Assembly (NCBI GenBank): GCA_963833425.1
Contig: CAWHXP010000013.1
Span: 178,695-242,694 of the forward strand
DNA: 64,000 nt
Direction: 5' to 3'
Source of the DNA: an uncultured Methanosarcinaceae archaeon
GTDB lineage: Archaea; Halobacteriota; Methanosarcinia; Methanosarcinales; Methanosarcinaceae
Part shown: one piece after another, positions 11,950-23,789 of the stretch
Layout of the letters: each line of letters starts with the position of its first letter
Numbering within the stretch: the first letter of the stretch is position 1
Position numbers and translations under genes: made by a program
The notes under the pieces: generated by a model
What the model was told of the DNA's origin: nothing
Databases searched by the model: none
The model's input: only the letters and a program-made list of their open reading frames with translations

Positions 11950-14658
11950 TTACCCTCTGTAAGGACTTTCAAGGATCTCTCTAATCTTGGCTGCTGTTTT
12001 TGGTCCTATTAGTTTTACCTTTCTGAGTTCTTCGGTGTTAGCTTTCATAAAGGCCTCCACGGAGCCGAAATGCAACAGGATATATCTTGAGGCTTTTGGC
12101 CCTATATTTGATATTGAAGAAATCAGATATTCCTGCTGCTCGGCAAGAGTACTGGCTAACTTTTTACCATGTGGATTGATTTCACGCTTATTTTCGTTTT
12201 GCTCACGTTTAGCAAGCATTTTTAATATCGCAGCTGTCTCTTCTTCGTCCCTTGAGTAGAGAATTGAGATTCCAAAATCAATTGCAATAGAGACTAGAGA
12301 ACCGTAAATAGAATTTGGGTTAATTTGCCTGAAGGTGAATAGGTCTCCTCCTTCAATGATGAGGACGGGTTTTTCATATATTCGTGCAAGATTAGAGAGC
12401 TGGGCAAAGAGATTATGCTTCCCATCGATAAGAGAAGTTGCAAAATCATCAGTGCGTTTTCTCTCTACAGCAATGCGATCGCTTACAATGTAATCGCCTA
12501 CCTCAAGAGCTGCAAAATTAAGTTCCATTCCTAGCCTGTCAAGGACTTTTGCAACTCCACTCTTCGTTTCCCTGTGGTCTATAACTATCCTGAGAACTCC
12601 TGTTTCGGGTTCTCTCCCGAATGTTTTTAGTTCATTTACGGATTTCTTTCCGGTAAGAGCTTCAAAATCTACCAGGGTTTTTTGGTTTCTGCTTCCTTTT
12701 TCTTGTTTTATACCAGTTCCTTCTTTATAACTATCAGTAGCCTGATTTTCTTCATATATACCTACCTTTTCTTTTATGCCTATTTTCTGTATCTTTTCTT
12801 CTTTCTCTGCCTCCTTCCCCTCTCTCTTTACTGTATCCTTATTTTTTTTTTTCTGTTCATAGATTCCTTCTTTTTTCTCTTCCTTTTTATCTCCTTCCTT
12901 TTTCCATTTATCTTTAATTCCTCTATCCATCCCGTTGCAATCTAAGCCTGCAGCCGTATCCTGAGAATCTATTGTCAAATTTCTATTTTTCTTTCGACTC
13001 CCGACCCCATATTCATCTTTAATTTCTGTTTCCTTTAAATCTGAAATAAAGTTTTCAGATTCAGAATCAAAAGGCTTAGATTTTTTTATAGAGTCCCTCA
13101 TGCCAAAAACGGCTTCAAGCCCTTGCATTCTGTTAAGCATTTTTTTTTCCTTGTTTTTGCTGCTCCAGTAATAAGCTTCGTCTCGTGTACCTTTTGTCAT
13201 CAGTACAATTACTTTGCCCTTATGTTGCCTGCCTGTCCTGCCCTTACGCTGAATGCTGCGGATTTCCGATGGAATTGGTTCATAAAATAGTACCAGATCC
13301 GTGGATGGAATGTCAAGACCTTCTTCACCAACTGAAGTGGCTACAAGTACGTTGTATTCTCCTGCTCTGAATTTCTCGAGGATTTCCACCTGTTGCTTTT
13401 GTGTAAGTCCTTTGTCATTATGGCGAGAACCTTGTCCCACAAAACGGATGGGGATAATTCCGAAAACCTCCGAAAGAGCATTTACCACTATTTCGGCAGT
13501 GTCCCTGTAGTTAGTAAACACAATTGTTCTAGAATCAGGACTTTTTTCCAGTTGCTCGGCTAAGATTCTCCGCACATGTTCGAGTTTGGGATGTTCAACA
13601 TCGCTTTCTCTTGCCCGATAAAGAGCTTTTCGCATGTAGAAGTCATCCATCAATCTTTTTGCAGCTTTACTCGCACTGCTAGAGGAAGCTTCCACATTCA
13701 GCTTTTCTAAATATTTTCTGAGGGTCTCAAGACCCTGTGTTTCCACCATTTCCACAGCATGGTTCACCTTCATCATTTCAGCAACCATAGAGATGGCAAA
13801 ATAAACATCAGGATCTCCACCAATACGGATTTCACCTTGGAGTTTTTTATGGAGAAGTAGGAGGTCTTTTTTGGAGATATATTTTCCACTCCCTGAAGAA
13901 AGGCCCATTTCCCTTATAGCCCTAAGCCGATCATCGAGTATCTTTTCCAGATAGCCACGAATTTCGGCAATTTCAGTAGGTAACTGGACTTCAAGCCATT
14001 CGATTTCTTTTTCCTGAACATAAGGGCGAACATCCTTATCATTCTCAGTTTTCACAGCTACTTTTTCGATATGTAAAGCTTGACAAACTTCAGAGATTTT
14101 CTCTTCTGAGCTTCCTGGACTTGCAGTAATTCCAAGTATATGAGGATCTTTAGCGCTCTCAAAGTACTTTTCCGCAATAAAGGCATAAGCATAATTTCCA
14201 ACTGCTCTGTGGGCCTCATCGAAAGTGATGTGACTTACGTCTTCAAGACTTATCCGTTTCGTAAGAATATCATTTTCAATTACTTGTGGTGTGGATACGA
14301 TCAATTTTCCCTGTATCCATAGCTTTTCTCTCTCCATAGGATTAATGCTGCCTGTAAAAGCGAGAATTTCTTCTTCGGGAAGAGCCATCACCTTTTTTAA
14401 AAAAGCTGCATGCTGATCTACAAGAGGCTTTGTGGGAGAAAGGATAAGGGCTCTCCCACCAAAACGCTGGAGCCTGGAAGCAATTACGAAAAGAGCTATA
14501 ATGGTTTTCCCAAGTCCAGTAGGGAGCACAACTAGGCTTGATCCCTCCAGAGCTTTTCCTGCTAAATTTAACTGATATAGCCTCTGCTCAACGATATCTG
14601 ATTTTATCAATGGGTGCTTTATGTATGACGGCTTCTCAAGGAAAAGATTGTCTTTCAT
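11950..14658 (-). CDS. hef: Hef helicase/nuclease (SF2 DEAH helicase + ERCC4/XPF nuclease + HhH)
   Basis: LPTGLGKT, DEAH, TASPG, EEGLDIP, QRKGRTGR; C-terminal GDY..VERK nuclease and IGPK HhH motifs. Confidence 0.95.
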   Translation of the reverse strand: MKDNLFLEKPSYIKHPLIKSDIVEQRLYQLNLAGKALEGSSLVVLPTGLGKTIIALFVIASRLQRFGGRALILSPTKPLVDQHAAFLKKVMALPEEEILAFTGSINPMEREKLWIQGKLIVSTPQVIENDILTKRISLEDVSHITFDEAHRAVGNYAYAFIAEKYFESAKDPHILGITASPGSSEEKISEVCQALHIEKVAVKTENDKDVRPYVQEKEIEWLEVQLPTEIAEIRGYLEKILDDRLRAIREMGLSSGSGKYISKKDLLLLHKKLQGEIRIGGDPDVYFAISMVAEMMKVNHAVEMVETQGLETLRKYLEKLNVEASSSSASKAAKRLMDDFYMRKALYRARESDVEHPKLEHVRRILAEQLEKSPDSRTIVFTNYRDTAEIVVNALSEVFGIIPIRFVGQGSRHNDKGLTQKQQVEILEKFRAGEYNVLVATSVGEEGLDIPSTDLVLFYEPIPSEIRSIQRKGRTGRQHKGKVIVLMTKGTRDEAYYWSSKNKEKKMLNRMQGLEAVFGMRDSIKKSKPFDSESENFISDLKETEIKDEYGVGSRKKNRNLTIDSQDTAAGLDCNGMDRGIKDKWKKEGDKKEEKKEGIYEQKKKNKDTVKREGKEAEKEEKIQKIGIKEKVGIYEENQATDSYKEGTGIKQEKGSRNQKTLVDFEALTGKKSVNELKTFGREPETGVLRIVIDHRETKSGVAKVLDRLGMELNFAALEVGDYIVSDRIAVERKRTDDFATSLIDGKHNLFAQLSNLARIYEKPVLIIEGGDLFTFRQINPNSIYGSLVSIAIDFGISILYSRDEEETAAILKMLAKREQNENKREINPHGKKLASTLAEQQEYLISSISNIGPKASRYILLHFGSVEAFMKANTEELRKVKLIGPKTAAKIREILESPYRG

Positions 14659-15082
14659 TTTGCTTCAGGATCAATTTGCTTCAGTATTATTTCATTTTGA
14701 GGATTATTTACTTCATAGTTATTTGTTTCAGATCTTAATTCTTTAATAAGAATAAAGAAATTAAAGTTTTACTACAGGCCTTCAGTCTTTTAATTCTGTA
14801 AACTGTGGAGAAAGTAGACCTTGTGAATTTCACGCCCTTTTATACTCAGTTTTTAACAGCTACAATTTTAGATATTTTTTTAAGCATTTTGATCAAAATC
14901 TAATTTCTACATCAATTGTGGTAATTTGTAAGATCTGATGAAATTAAGATTTTATCGAGATCTTTTTTGTTTTCTTCTAGTATCTAAAAATTCATTATTA
15001 TTCCCCGAATTCCGCTACTATAATATATTGAAGGACCACAAAATAATAAGGAATTTGACAATTTAACGTTGATAGCAGAACA

Positions 15083-16906
15083 TTAGAAGTTAAAAGGCTT
15101 GCCTGCAGATTCGAAACTCTTATCCCTATAAATAAGTCCAAAGATTATATTTTCTATTCCTTTTATTGGAGACCTTACCTGCCGCATTGAGTCTCTATCT
15201 CTTATTGTAACAGTTCCGTCTTCAAGGGTATCATAATCCACAGTAATGGAATAAGGAGTTCCGATTTCGTCGTTTCTTCTGTAGCGGCGTCCGATGGTCC
15301 CGGAGTCGTCATAGTTGACAAGAAGGGCATTCTTCTTGAGTTTTGCAACTATCTCCTTTGCAGGATCTGAAAGCTCTTTACGAGTCAAAAGTGGGAAAAC
15401 TGCAACCTGCACAGGAGATACTACACCTGAGAAATGCATAACAAGGCGATTGTCCTCCTCTAACTCGGCATCTTTATCATCTTTTACATATTCATATTCT
15501 TTTCCAACTTCTTCTTTGCCTTTAATCCCAAATTCTGCTACCTTCTTAGCAATATTTTCTTCATCAAAAGCGTGTTCTATGACACCATAGAATATTCTGT
15601 CAATACCATAAGAAGGTTCAATTACATGCGGAATAAAGCTTTCTCCACTCACTTTTAAGCTCTCTTCCGCAAAGCTCACCATATCAGAATTGACTGTCAA
15701 TTCTTCTCCACCCACAGTGACTTTGATCTTACTTTTTGAGAGTTCTTTTTCTGAAAGCTGCGTTAAGGCGTCGGCGACAGCTCTTGCTTTGTCCTTAAAA
15801 ACAGGTCCTAGCTTAGACATATTTGGTTTTACAGCAAAGCGATTTATCATCCGAGGCTCGTTATATTCCATGTAAACATAAAGATCGGTATTACTGACTC
15901 TTGAATGGGCTTTGAGGTCATAGTCCGTTCTGTCTGCGATTCCCACTATTTCAACCCAACCAAAGCGTTCTGTTTCAATCTCAGCATCCCAACAATCTAT
16001 TGCATAATGCGCCATTTCATCCTTAAGGTGCTGTCTGAATCTGAGTTTTGCAGGGTTGATCCCTACTTTTTTTAGGAACTCTTGTGTGAGTGCGATATTG
16101 TAACCCAGTATCTCGTGAGCAATGACCTTAGCATTCACAGCTTCTCTGACAGTCATCCTGAATGATTCTCCCTTCTCCTGAGCCTCCTGCGAATAAAGTA
16201 CAAGTTCTTTGTCTGCAAAAAGTTCGAAGTTAGGATGTTTTTTGTTCCTTGGATCAACGAAAATTTCGCATTCTGCTTGTGTGAACTCCCTTAGCCGTAT
16301 AATGCCTTGCCTGGGTGCAATTTCGTTTCTATAGGATTTACCTATCTGCACTGCTCCAAAAGGCAACTTACCTCTATAAAATCTGGAAAGCCTCTGGAAA
16401 TCAACGAACATACCCTGGGCCGTCTCTGGTCTTAGATACCCCTGCTTTCCAGTGCCAGGCCCGATTGTGGTCTTGAACATCAGGTTAAATTCATAGGCGT
16501 CTCCTAACTCCCCACCACACTCGAGACATCTGAGTTCATGTTCTTTTATAATCTTGGTAAGCTCTTCTGCATTCAAAGTTCCTGCCACGTTAATTACGTT
16601 TTCTACAAGGTGATCAGCCCTAAATGCCTCTTTGCAGTTCACGCACTCGCACAGAGGGTCAGAAAAGCTTCCAATATGCCCGGATGCGATAAAGACTTCT
16701 TCGATGCCAATAGTCGGACATTCGATTTCCATAAACCCTTCTTGGATTATATAAAATTCTCTCCATATCTGTTCAATCCGCCTCTTTAGTGTGCTCCCAA
16801 GAGGCCCATAATCATAAAATCCGCGACTTCCGCCATACAGTTCAAAGGAGTTCCACAAAAACCCCCGGCGTTTAGCCAATTCGAATACCTTCTCGTACTT
16901 GTCCAT
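15083..16906 (-). CDS. glyS: Glycyl-tRNA synthetase (alpha2 type)
   Basis: YLRPETAQG, SYRNEIAPRQG, EFTQAE, IEPSYGIDR, GTIGRRYRRNDEIGTP. Confidence 0.97.
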   Translation of the reverse strand: MDKYEKVFELAKRRGFLWNSFELYGGSRGFYDYGPLGSTLKRRIEQIWREFYIIQEGFMEIECPTIGIEEVFIASGHIGSFSDPLCECVNCKEAFRADHLVENVINVAGTLNAEELTKIIKEHELRCLECGGELGDAYEFNLMFKTTIGPGTGKQGYLRPETAQGMFVDFQRLSRFYRGKLPFGAVQIGKSYRNEIAPRQGIIRLREFTQAECEIFVDPRNKKHPNFELFADKELVLYSQEAQEKGESFRMTVREAVNAKVIAHEILGYNIALTQEFLKKVGINPAKLRFRQHLKDEMAHYAIDCWDAEIETERFGWVEIVGIADRTDYDLKAHSRVSNTDLYVYMEYNEPRMINRFAVKPNMSKLGPVFKDKARAVADALTQLSEKELSKSKIKVTVGGEELTVNSDMVSFAEESLKVSGESFIPHVIEPSYGIDRIFYGVIEHAFDEENIAKKVAEFGIKGKEEVGKEYEYVKDDKDAELEEDNRLVMHFSGVVSPVQVAVFPLLTRKELSDPAKEIVAKLKKNALLVNYDDSGTIGRRYRRNDEIGTPYSITVDYDTLEDGTVTIRDRDSMRQVRSPIKGIENIIFGLIYRDKSFESAGKPFNF

Positions 16907-16948
16907 TTAAGAAATCCTCGTGAAATTGATTGGGGATATCGAATAATT

Positions 16949-17035
16949 GAAGATTTTGATAAACCTCTGTTTTCAAGAACCAGGATATTTTATTCATAAG
17001 AATATGATGATATTTAGGGGTTTATCAAAATCCTT
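16949..17035. mobile_element. MITE-like element copy 3, about 43 bp upstream of the glyS start
   Basis: GATTTTGATAAACC ... GGTTTATCAAAATC perfect 14-bp inverted repeat. Confidence 0.75.
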
Positions 17036-19984
17036 AATTGTAAATTATTGATTTGTTTAGAGTTATTAGATAGATGAAGGGAACCATTATATTAAATCTG
17101 TACTTCTCTGAGAAGTAGTTCCTAATTCTGTCGGTTACAAAACCATCTTTACAAATCAAAAAAATATCAAAAAATTATTCAAAATAATGAAGTCGTTGAT
17201 TGTGACAAAGAAGAATGACTACATTTCTAGTGCTGACATAGCCAGTTTGCTGTCTGCATCTTCTGAATTATGTAGTACCATTAATATAATAACTTTTCCT
17301 GATGAACTTAACTATAATTATAAATAAGTATTTAATGTTTCTTATTATGTTGCAACATTTTCTGCAAATTCTCCTGAATCTGAAGGCAATGATCTTAGAT
17401 CAAAAATAACAAAAAAAGAATTTTTTCAGATTAGCCTAATTTAAGTTATATAAATCTCGATTATATTGAAAACATTTTTTTTTCATTTAGCAAAATGAAT
17501 TGTAAAGTTTTTAAGATGATTGATCTCAAAACTAAGATTTCAGACAAAATTGTTGATTTTCATGAGATTCAATATTATGATAGCGGAGGTGCTCAACGTA
17601 AAAGTGGGTTAAAATATAAGAATATAAAATAATATAAATTGTGAAAATAATTATAATTGTATCTCGATATAATTTGGAACTCAAAGCTAACGCTTGATGC
17701 TATTAGCAGCAATGAGTTAAGCAAGGAATATTGATTCTTTGTCAGTAAAGTATTGTTCACTTTGTGCTTTACTCCTTCTTGAATCTACATCACCTGCGTT
17801 TTTTTTCAACAACTGGAAATATATATGACAATTTGATTACTTTGCAAAAATCAAAATATGTCTATAAAATAAACTCTCTATTGGTGCAAATAACTTTAAT
17901 TTTAAAGTTCAAGTTTTCAATAATGTGGATAAAATGATGTATTCATCCTTTCATTTCATCCATTTTGGTAAGAATAACAGATATTTTAGGCCTTTAGTTT
18001 TTGTTATTGACGTGAAGGAAGATGTTTTAGTAAAAAAAATTGTAGATTTCGCTTCATTCGATTGGATGAATACTTTCATAATTATTTTTTTAGGTTGTAA
18101 TGTGGGAATTTTCAAAATGCGACATTTTTATACTTTTGCAAGATAAAGTGAACAGAATTCCTGATGGCTGTATACTCACATAGGTACAAAAATATCTTTA
18201 TTTATAAGTGAACTTTTTATTTGAACATACTTAGTTTTTGAGAGGTTAATAATACAACACCAATATTTTTGATTTTGTTCCAATTTTAGGATTATTCCAG
18301 ATTTAGATGATAATCCGAACATATTGAAGCATTTATACTATATATAATGGAATCTTAAGACCTTTTTTAGGGAGAAGTAAAAATTGTAAAATGATATAAT
18401 TAGGGCGCTGATACTCAAAGGGATGGCTAAGCTCTTGAAATCATTGATTACTAGTTAGTAGAGTACTGTGATTTGAGAATCATTTTTCTAGAGTATATAG
18501 TTTGGTATATCTGGCTCTGCAAATTACAGCTGAGCGTTCTACGACAAGTAAGTGTTATATCAGATACTATGGTATATCAAGCCTTCACGATTCCTGTAAA
18601 ATAAATGAAAAGACACCAAGGCTTAAATGCTGCATCTGGGAGAGCTTCTTGTTCCTCTTAATTATGGTATGTGAGCAAAAAAGCGAAAATTTCTAAATAA
18701 GAACTTTTGGGTCGAAATGACTTTTGTGATGGAATATTGTATGTTGATGAGAATTTGATCAACAGAGGACAGTAAAAAAGTTTGAGACTTTGATAGAAAG
18801 ATAGATGATTTATGAAGTAGCGGATTCTGTACATTTTTCATCAAATTTAATTAATATTCCAATAAATTTGAGCTGTATCTTGGTTGGTTTGTATCTCTAG
18901 TTGCTGTTATCTATAAATTTTGTTTACTTTCAAAACAAGATATCCAGTTTTTGATTTTTTTATAACTCTAATCTCAGAAAAGCTTTCCATGAATAATCAA
19001 ATGTTAAGATGGACCTCTTTTTAGGAGCTCTATGGTTATACAAAACGAGCTAAGTTAAAAATTGTTAGCATAGGTTATTATTTTTACCTACTATCTATTA
19101 GGCATCCTAGTTTTACATACAAAGTATCAAGTATGTCTAATTTGGATTTAATTACACTTTTTTTAGCTTTATTGTATATATTAAAGAATGTGTTTACTTA
19201 TTTAATAAAACATATTAATATTAAGAATCAAATATTCTACCTATTTCATATTATTTGTCAATATATTTGTATTTGTACTTTATAGCAATCAAATGTGCTT
19301 TACCATGAACAAAAATAAAGAACGACATGATTCCTAACGATAGGCGCTATGAAGGAATAATTATTGGAGGTTGATCGAAGTTTTGTTTAAAAACCAAAAG
19401 CAATAAAGCCTTTAAAGATTCATATTATCTGACATATAAAAATCATATAAAAAATAAATCAGTTGGAGGTAAATATAATGTTTGGATGGGACGACTATCA
19501 AATTATAAACCTTTGGGGGGCGCCTGCTCGTTGGGGTTATATCCCCTGGGGTAGTTACGCATAATTTAGCTTGTTTCCAAATATAAATTTTGCTGATATA
19601 ACTAATTCGCCAATGCCGTCCATGAAGCAGCAAAATTATCTGAAATAAAACAGTATCAGAGCAATTTTCTCAAATGATAAAGTGTCATAGCCATCTTTTC
19701 ACGACATCGAGAAGAAAATCCTGATAGACTGCCTTGAATTGATGACTATGAATTTAAAATTTTCTAATCCCCTCTAATATAATCATATCATGGGCTCTCT
19801 TGGAATTAATAAATTTGTAAGCTTGAGAGGATTCAGAGGAACCGATATAAATTTGTATAACTGACAACCTAAATTTTTAGCATTAATTTACTCATTAAAA
19901 TTGCTACTAATTTTAGCTTTAAAGAATAATATAATTTTTTTCAGTCAATTGAGGACAAATTTGATGAAATTAATTTATTTCATT

Positions 19985-20572
19985 CGGATACCAAACAGCT
20001 TGCTGCGGGGATGGAAACTTCCCAGGTGCCCGTTGTTAAATAATTGATTTATATTCTGAATTACTTTTGTTGTAAATGGAATTAAGTTGTGCAAATCATT
20101 ATGTCTCTAAGATTAGATATCACATGGTTTTTTTTTTGTATTATAATACTATAAAAATATTTTAAATTATAATGCAGTTAATTTTTAAAAACGTATGCTT
20201 GAGGTTAGTGAAAGATACTCTTTTAAATTTGCTGTGATTTGTTGCGATGGTGATCAAGTACATCTTTTTATTGGGGTTGAGCCAAAGTATTCTCCTTCAA
20301 GAGTGATGCGGATTATTTAAAGCATAACAGACACAAAAATCTTCAAAAAATACCTTAAAATTGAAAAACAGCTTTGCTGGGAGATCTATAGAGTGAGGGA
20401 GATCTATGGAACAGTTGGAGAAGGAAATACTTCCGATATTATTACAAATTATGTTTAGAATCAGGGAGATCAGAAAGCATATAAGCAAATGAAAAAAATT
20501 GACTTTCAGTGGTAAACGATATCCTGAACGCTATCATGAACATATCCCATTGCCTGCAGCAGGGTGCATCAG
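19985..20572 (+). mobile_element. tnpA: IS200/IS605-family tnpA (Y1 HUH) remnant with both end motifs
   Basis: Fragments CDGDQVHLFIGVEPKYSPSRVM, GTVGEG and YKQMKKIDFQ; flanked by CAGCTTGCTGCGGGG and TGCCTGCAGCAGGGTG; many stops. Confidence 0.8.
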
Positions 20573-20596
20573 CGCAATTTCGATTGAAAACGAGAA

Positions 20597-21751
20597 TCAA
20601 ACTGATCGTATTAATTCGATGTAACTGTTCACAATTTTATCCCATTTTTGGTCTGGAGCTTCATAATGCTCCTCAGTACCTACTCGGCTGAGGATAGCCT
20701 CTTTAAGAGAACCAATTTCACCCGGAGAAACAAAGAAAGTTCCTTTATAATTCGCCATTGATTCCTTCAAACCTCCAACTTCAGAAACCACAATAGGTTT
20801 TCCAAAAGACATTGCAATATGAGCAATTCCACTCTGTGAAGCCCTAAGATAGGGTAGGACTACCACATTCGAAGCGCTGAAATACAGGTTTACTTTCTCA
20901 TCAGGAATATACTCGTCTACCAAAGTAATTTTATCATGGAGTGGAGAAACCTTGATACGATTAAGCAGTTCTTTGCGATCCTCCCAAATCTCCCCGACAA
21001 TTAACAGCCTGCTTTTCTCGAGAATTTTTGAAGGAAGCTGTTCAAAAGCATTGATCAGGTTGAATATTCCCTTATACTTTCTGATTAAACCGAAGAACAG
21101 AATGACAAACTCTTCGTTTATCGAAAGTTTTTCCCTTGCATCCTTAATATCAAGTAATTCCCCGTACTGGTCATAAAGACCGTGCAGGATCACATGGATT
21201 TTTTCAGGGGCGATGGAATATCTTTTGGCAACAAGTTGTTTATCAGATTCGGAATGAGTAATATATGCATCAAGGTTTTTGCGGAGCAATTTACCCGTTA
21301 TTTTAGAATACAAACGAATTGGGAGTAGGGATTCCTCAAACGGGTCCACAACTTCGTGAAACTCGATTATTATTTTTGGTTTATGTAAATAACTTGCAAA
21401 GAGTTTTAATAGAAGATGCATATGCGCAACCGAAGAGGTCCACCATTGTAATATTATGACGTCAGGCTTTTGGTTTTTAAGAAAGATGCATGCCTGGATC
21501 CAAGTAAGGGGGTTATTATAGTCCATTCCATCAAAAGTTGAAATATCCGGTGAAAAGTTCATTTCGGAAATAGTTTTTCCAACATGGGATTTTCCAGGAA
21601 AAAGGAAGGTAGGAAGAAGTTGACGAAAGCAAATTACAGAGACATTTTTTTCTGATGAAAGGGCATTTGCCAGGCGGATAGTATAATAACTGACACCACT
21701 TAAAAAAAATTTTGAAGGTCCGGCTATGCATATGGTTTTGTGGGATGCCAT
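20597..21751 (-). CDS. Glycosyltransferase family 4 (GT-B)
   Basis: FFGLIRKYKG, VVLPYLRASQSG and PIVVSEVGGLKE. Confidence 0.92.
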   Translation of the reverse strand: MASHKTICIAGPSKFFLSGVSYYTIRLANALSSEKNVSVICFRQLLPTFLFPGKSHVGKTISEMNFSPDISTFDGMDYNNPLTWIQACIFLKNQKPDVIILQWWTSSVAHMHLLLKLFASYLHKPKIIIEFHEVVDPFEESLLPIRLYSKITGKLLRKNLDAYITHSESDKQLVAKRYSIAPEKIHVILHGLYDQYGELLDIKDAREKLSINEEFVILFFGLIRKYKGIFNLINAFEQLPSKILEKSRLLIVGEIWEDRKELLNRIKVSPLHDKITLVDEYIPDEKVNLYFSASNVVVLPYLRASQSGIAHIAMSFGKPIVVSEVGGLKESMANYKGTFFVSPGEIGSLKEAILSRVGTEEHYEAPDQKWDKIVNSYIELIRSV

Positions 21752-22420
21752 TTACTTTAGCTATAACATTCTCCTTATATTTAAGTAAATCCATAATCTT
21801 CTAAATAGGGGAATGAATTTTGAAGACAGAAGAATGTTAGGTTTCAACCTCTGAGGAATCGCTGGATAAAGTTGATATTCTTGTGCGGGCTTTGACTACA
21901 TTAGATTTAAAGCCTTATGAAAAATGAGCTTCTTGAGTCGGCGAAGACTCTTCTTTTGCATCTTCACTAAGAGACAATGTTTGGTCTCAGATAGATTTTG
22001 GTCCAAAGCTAAAAGTTCATTCTCAAGAAAAAAATTTAGGAAATTTTTCCAAATGAAGAAATAAAGATCTAATACTATTTGGAACAACTAAAAAAAGGCC
22101 TGATATTAAAATGTGATTTTTGTGGTGTAATAGATGATTTAAAAGATTTAAGCTCTTTAACTTAAATAAAGTGATAAATAAATCAAAATCTCGCTGGTGC
22201 ACCCAGCAGCAAGACACAGGGTAATTGTATGAAATAAAACAAACTTAAAATCATATTATAATAATGGATCATCTATAACTGATCATGTATGCTTAATATA
22301 TAACGGCCCATATAAAATTGCACTTGGAATAAATGATAAAAGCCTGAAGTATTTTTTATAAAAAATTTAAAAAATTAAAACTTTACTTATGAAGCAAACA
22401 ATTATATGAATCTTAATATT

Positions 22421-23740
22421 TTATCGCCTTTTAAATTCCCTGCATTTTTGCACGAATTTTTCTACCGGGAAACTGGCAGGATGAGTATGCATATACCCTG
22501 CAAGAGTATTGTGCTCTATGAGTCCGTCAAAACCGTCATTTATACCTTTTCCTCGGAGCATCTTGTATGCAAATCTTGCATCACGATCACATTCTGTTAG
22601 CGAGTAATGAAATTCGTGACCTCTTATATTATGCGGACAGAAGTTTTTGTTAAGGGGGAGAGCTTCAGTATAGCCTAAAGCCTGAAGCTTGTTCGTCATT
22701 CGTGTATTTGCAGGTACGACATCAGCTAGTTTATACTTCCTATCATCTATATCATAAGTCTTACATAGGTATAGCAGGCCTCCGCATTCCGCATAGATGG
22801 GTAAGCCATCAGATGCAAGACTTTTGAGTTTATGAGTGGTCTCTGAACTTTCAAGTATTTCTGCATAAAGTTCAGGATAACCACCTCCGAGGTAAATCCC
22901 ATCCACATCTGGGACTTCTCCTGCCATTGGGCTAAAAAATATAACCTCAGCTCCACAATATCTGAAGGCATCGACCATATCCTGATAGTAAAAACAAAAA
23001 GCTGGATCCCTGGCAATTCCTACCTTGAGCTCAATCTCTGGTCTAGGTAGATCGGTAATTTCCGGAATGTAAAAGGGTTCAGCAAGTTCAAGCACTGCAT
23101 CGAGATCAACATTATTCTCAATAAATGTTGCCATTTCTTTAGTGTTGTAGTCCTTTTCGTGGGCCATATATAGCCCAAGGTGCCGTGAGGGAACCTCAAT
23201 GTCTTTCTTTCGTGGGATCATTCCAACAATCGGAATGTTGTCAAGAAGTGAATTTTTTAAGAGTTCCACATGGCGTAAACTTCCTACTTGATTCAGGATA
23301 ATGCCTACAATCCTTACTTCGGGATCGAACTCTGAATAACCTTTCAGCAAGGCTGCGACGCTCCTGGACATACCATGGACATTTATTACCAGAATTACAG
23401 GCAAGTTCAGGGCTTTTGCAACGTGTGCCGAACTAGCAATTTCTGTAGAATCTATCCCGTCAAAAAGCCCCATTGCACCCTCTACTACCACTATATCTGC
23501 ATTTGCAGCCGTTCTAGCCACGATCTGCCCAACGCCATATGTACCCATCAGATATGTATCCAGATTTCTGGAAAGACGCCCACAGATTAAAGTGTGATGA
23601 GAAGGATCAATATAATCAGGTCCTACCTTGTACGGCTGGACTTTTAGCCCTCTGTGCTTGAGGGCCGCCATTATGCCCATAGAAGTTGTCGTTTTTCCAA
23701 CTCCGCTGTGGGTTCCTGCAATAAGTATTCCTTTTGTCAT
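22421..23740 (-). CDS. cbiA: Cobyrinate a,c-diamide synthase
   Basis: IAGTHSGVGKTT, KVGPDYIDP, EGAMGLFDG, GGGYPE, YAECGG and GHEFHYS. Confidence 0.88.
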   Translation of the reverse strand: MTKGILIAGTHSGVGKTTTSMGIMAALKHRGLKVQPYKVGPDYIDPSHHTLICGRLSRNLDTYLMGTYGVGQIVARTAANADIVVVEGAMGLFDGIDSTEIASSAHVAKALNLPVILVINVHGMSRSVAALLKGYSEFDPEVRIVGIILNQVGSLRHVELLKNSLLDNIPIVGMIPRKKDIEVPSRHLGLYMAHEKDYNTKEMATFIENNVDLDAVLELAEPFYIPEITDLPRPEIELKVGIARDPAFCFYYQDMVDAFRYCGAEVIFFSPMAGEVPDVDGIYLGGGYPELYAEILESSETTHKLKSLASDGLPIYAECGGLLYLCKTYDIDDRKYKLADVVPANTRMTNKLQALGYTEALPLNKNFCPHNIRGHEFHYSLTECDRDARFAYKMLRGKGINDGFDGLIEHNTLAGYMHTHPASFPVEKFVQKCREFKRR

Positions 23741-23789
23741 CTACTTGATATTGTTGCCGTTAAAATATATTAAAGCTATTAGTTCAGTT

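Noticed and set aside
11987..14738. Short antisense ORFs over hef (and likewise over glyS, pyc, lysS and rpo genes)
   Set aside because: Shadow ORFs opposite well-supported genes, with no motifs
22421..23740. Assignment as the F430 amidotransferase CfbB
   Set aside because: No cfb cluster neighbours and the N-terminus fits CbiA better, though the paralogs cannot be fully separated without a tree
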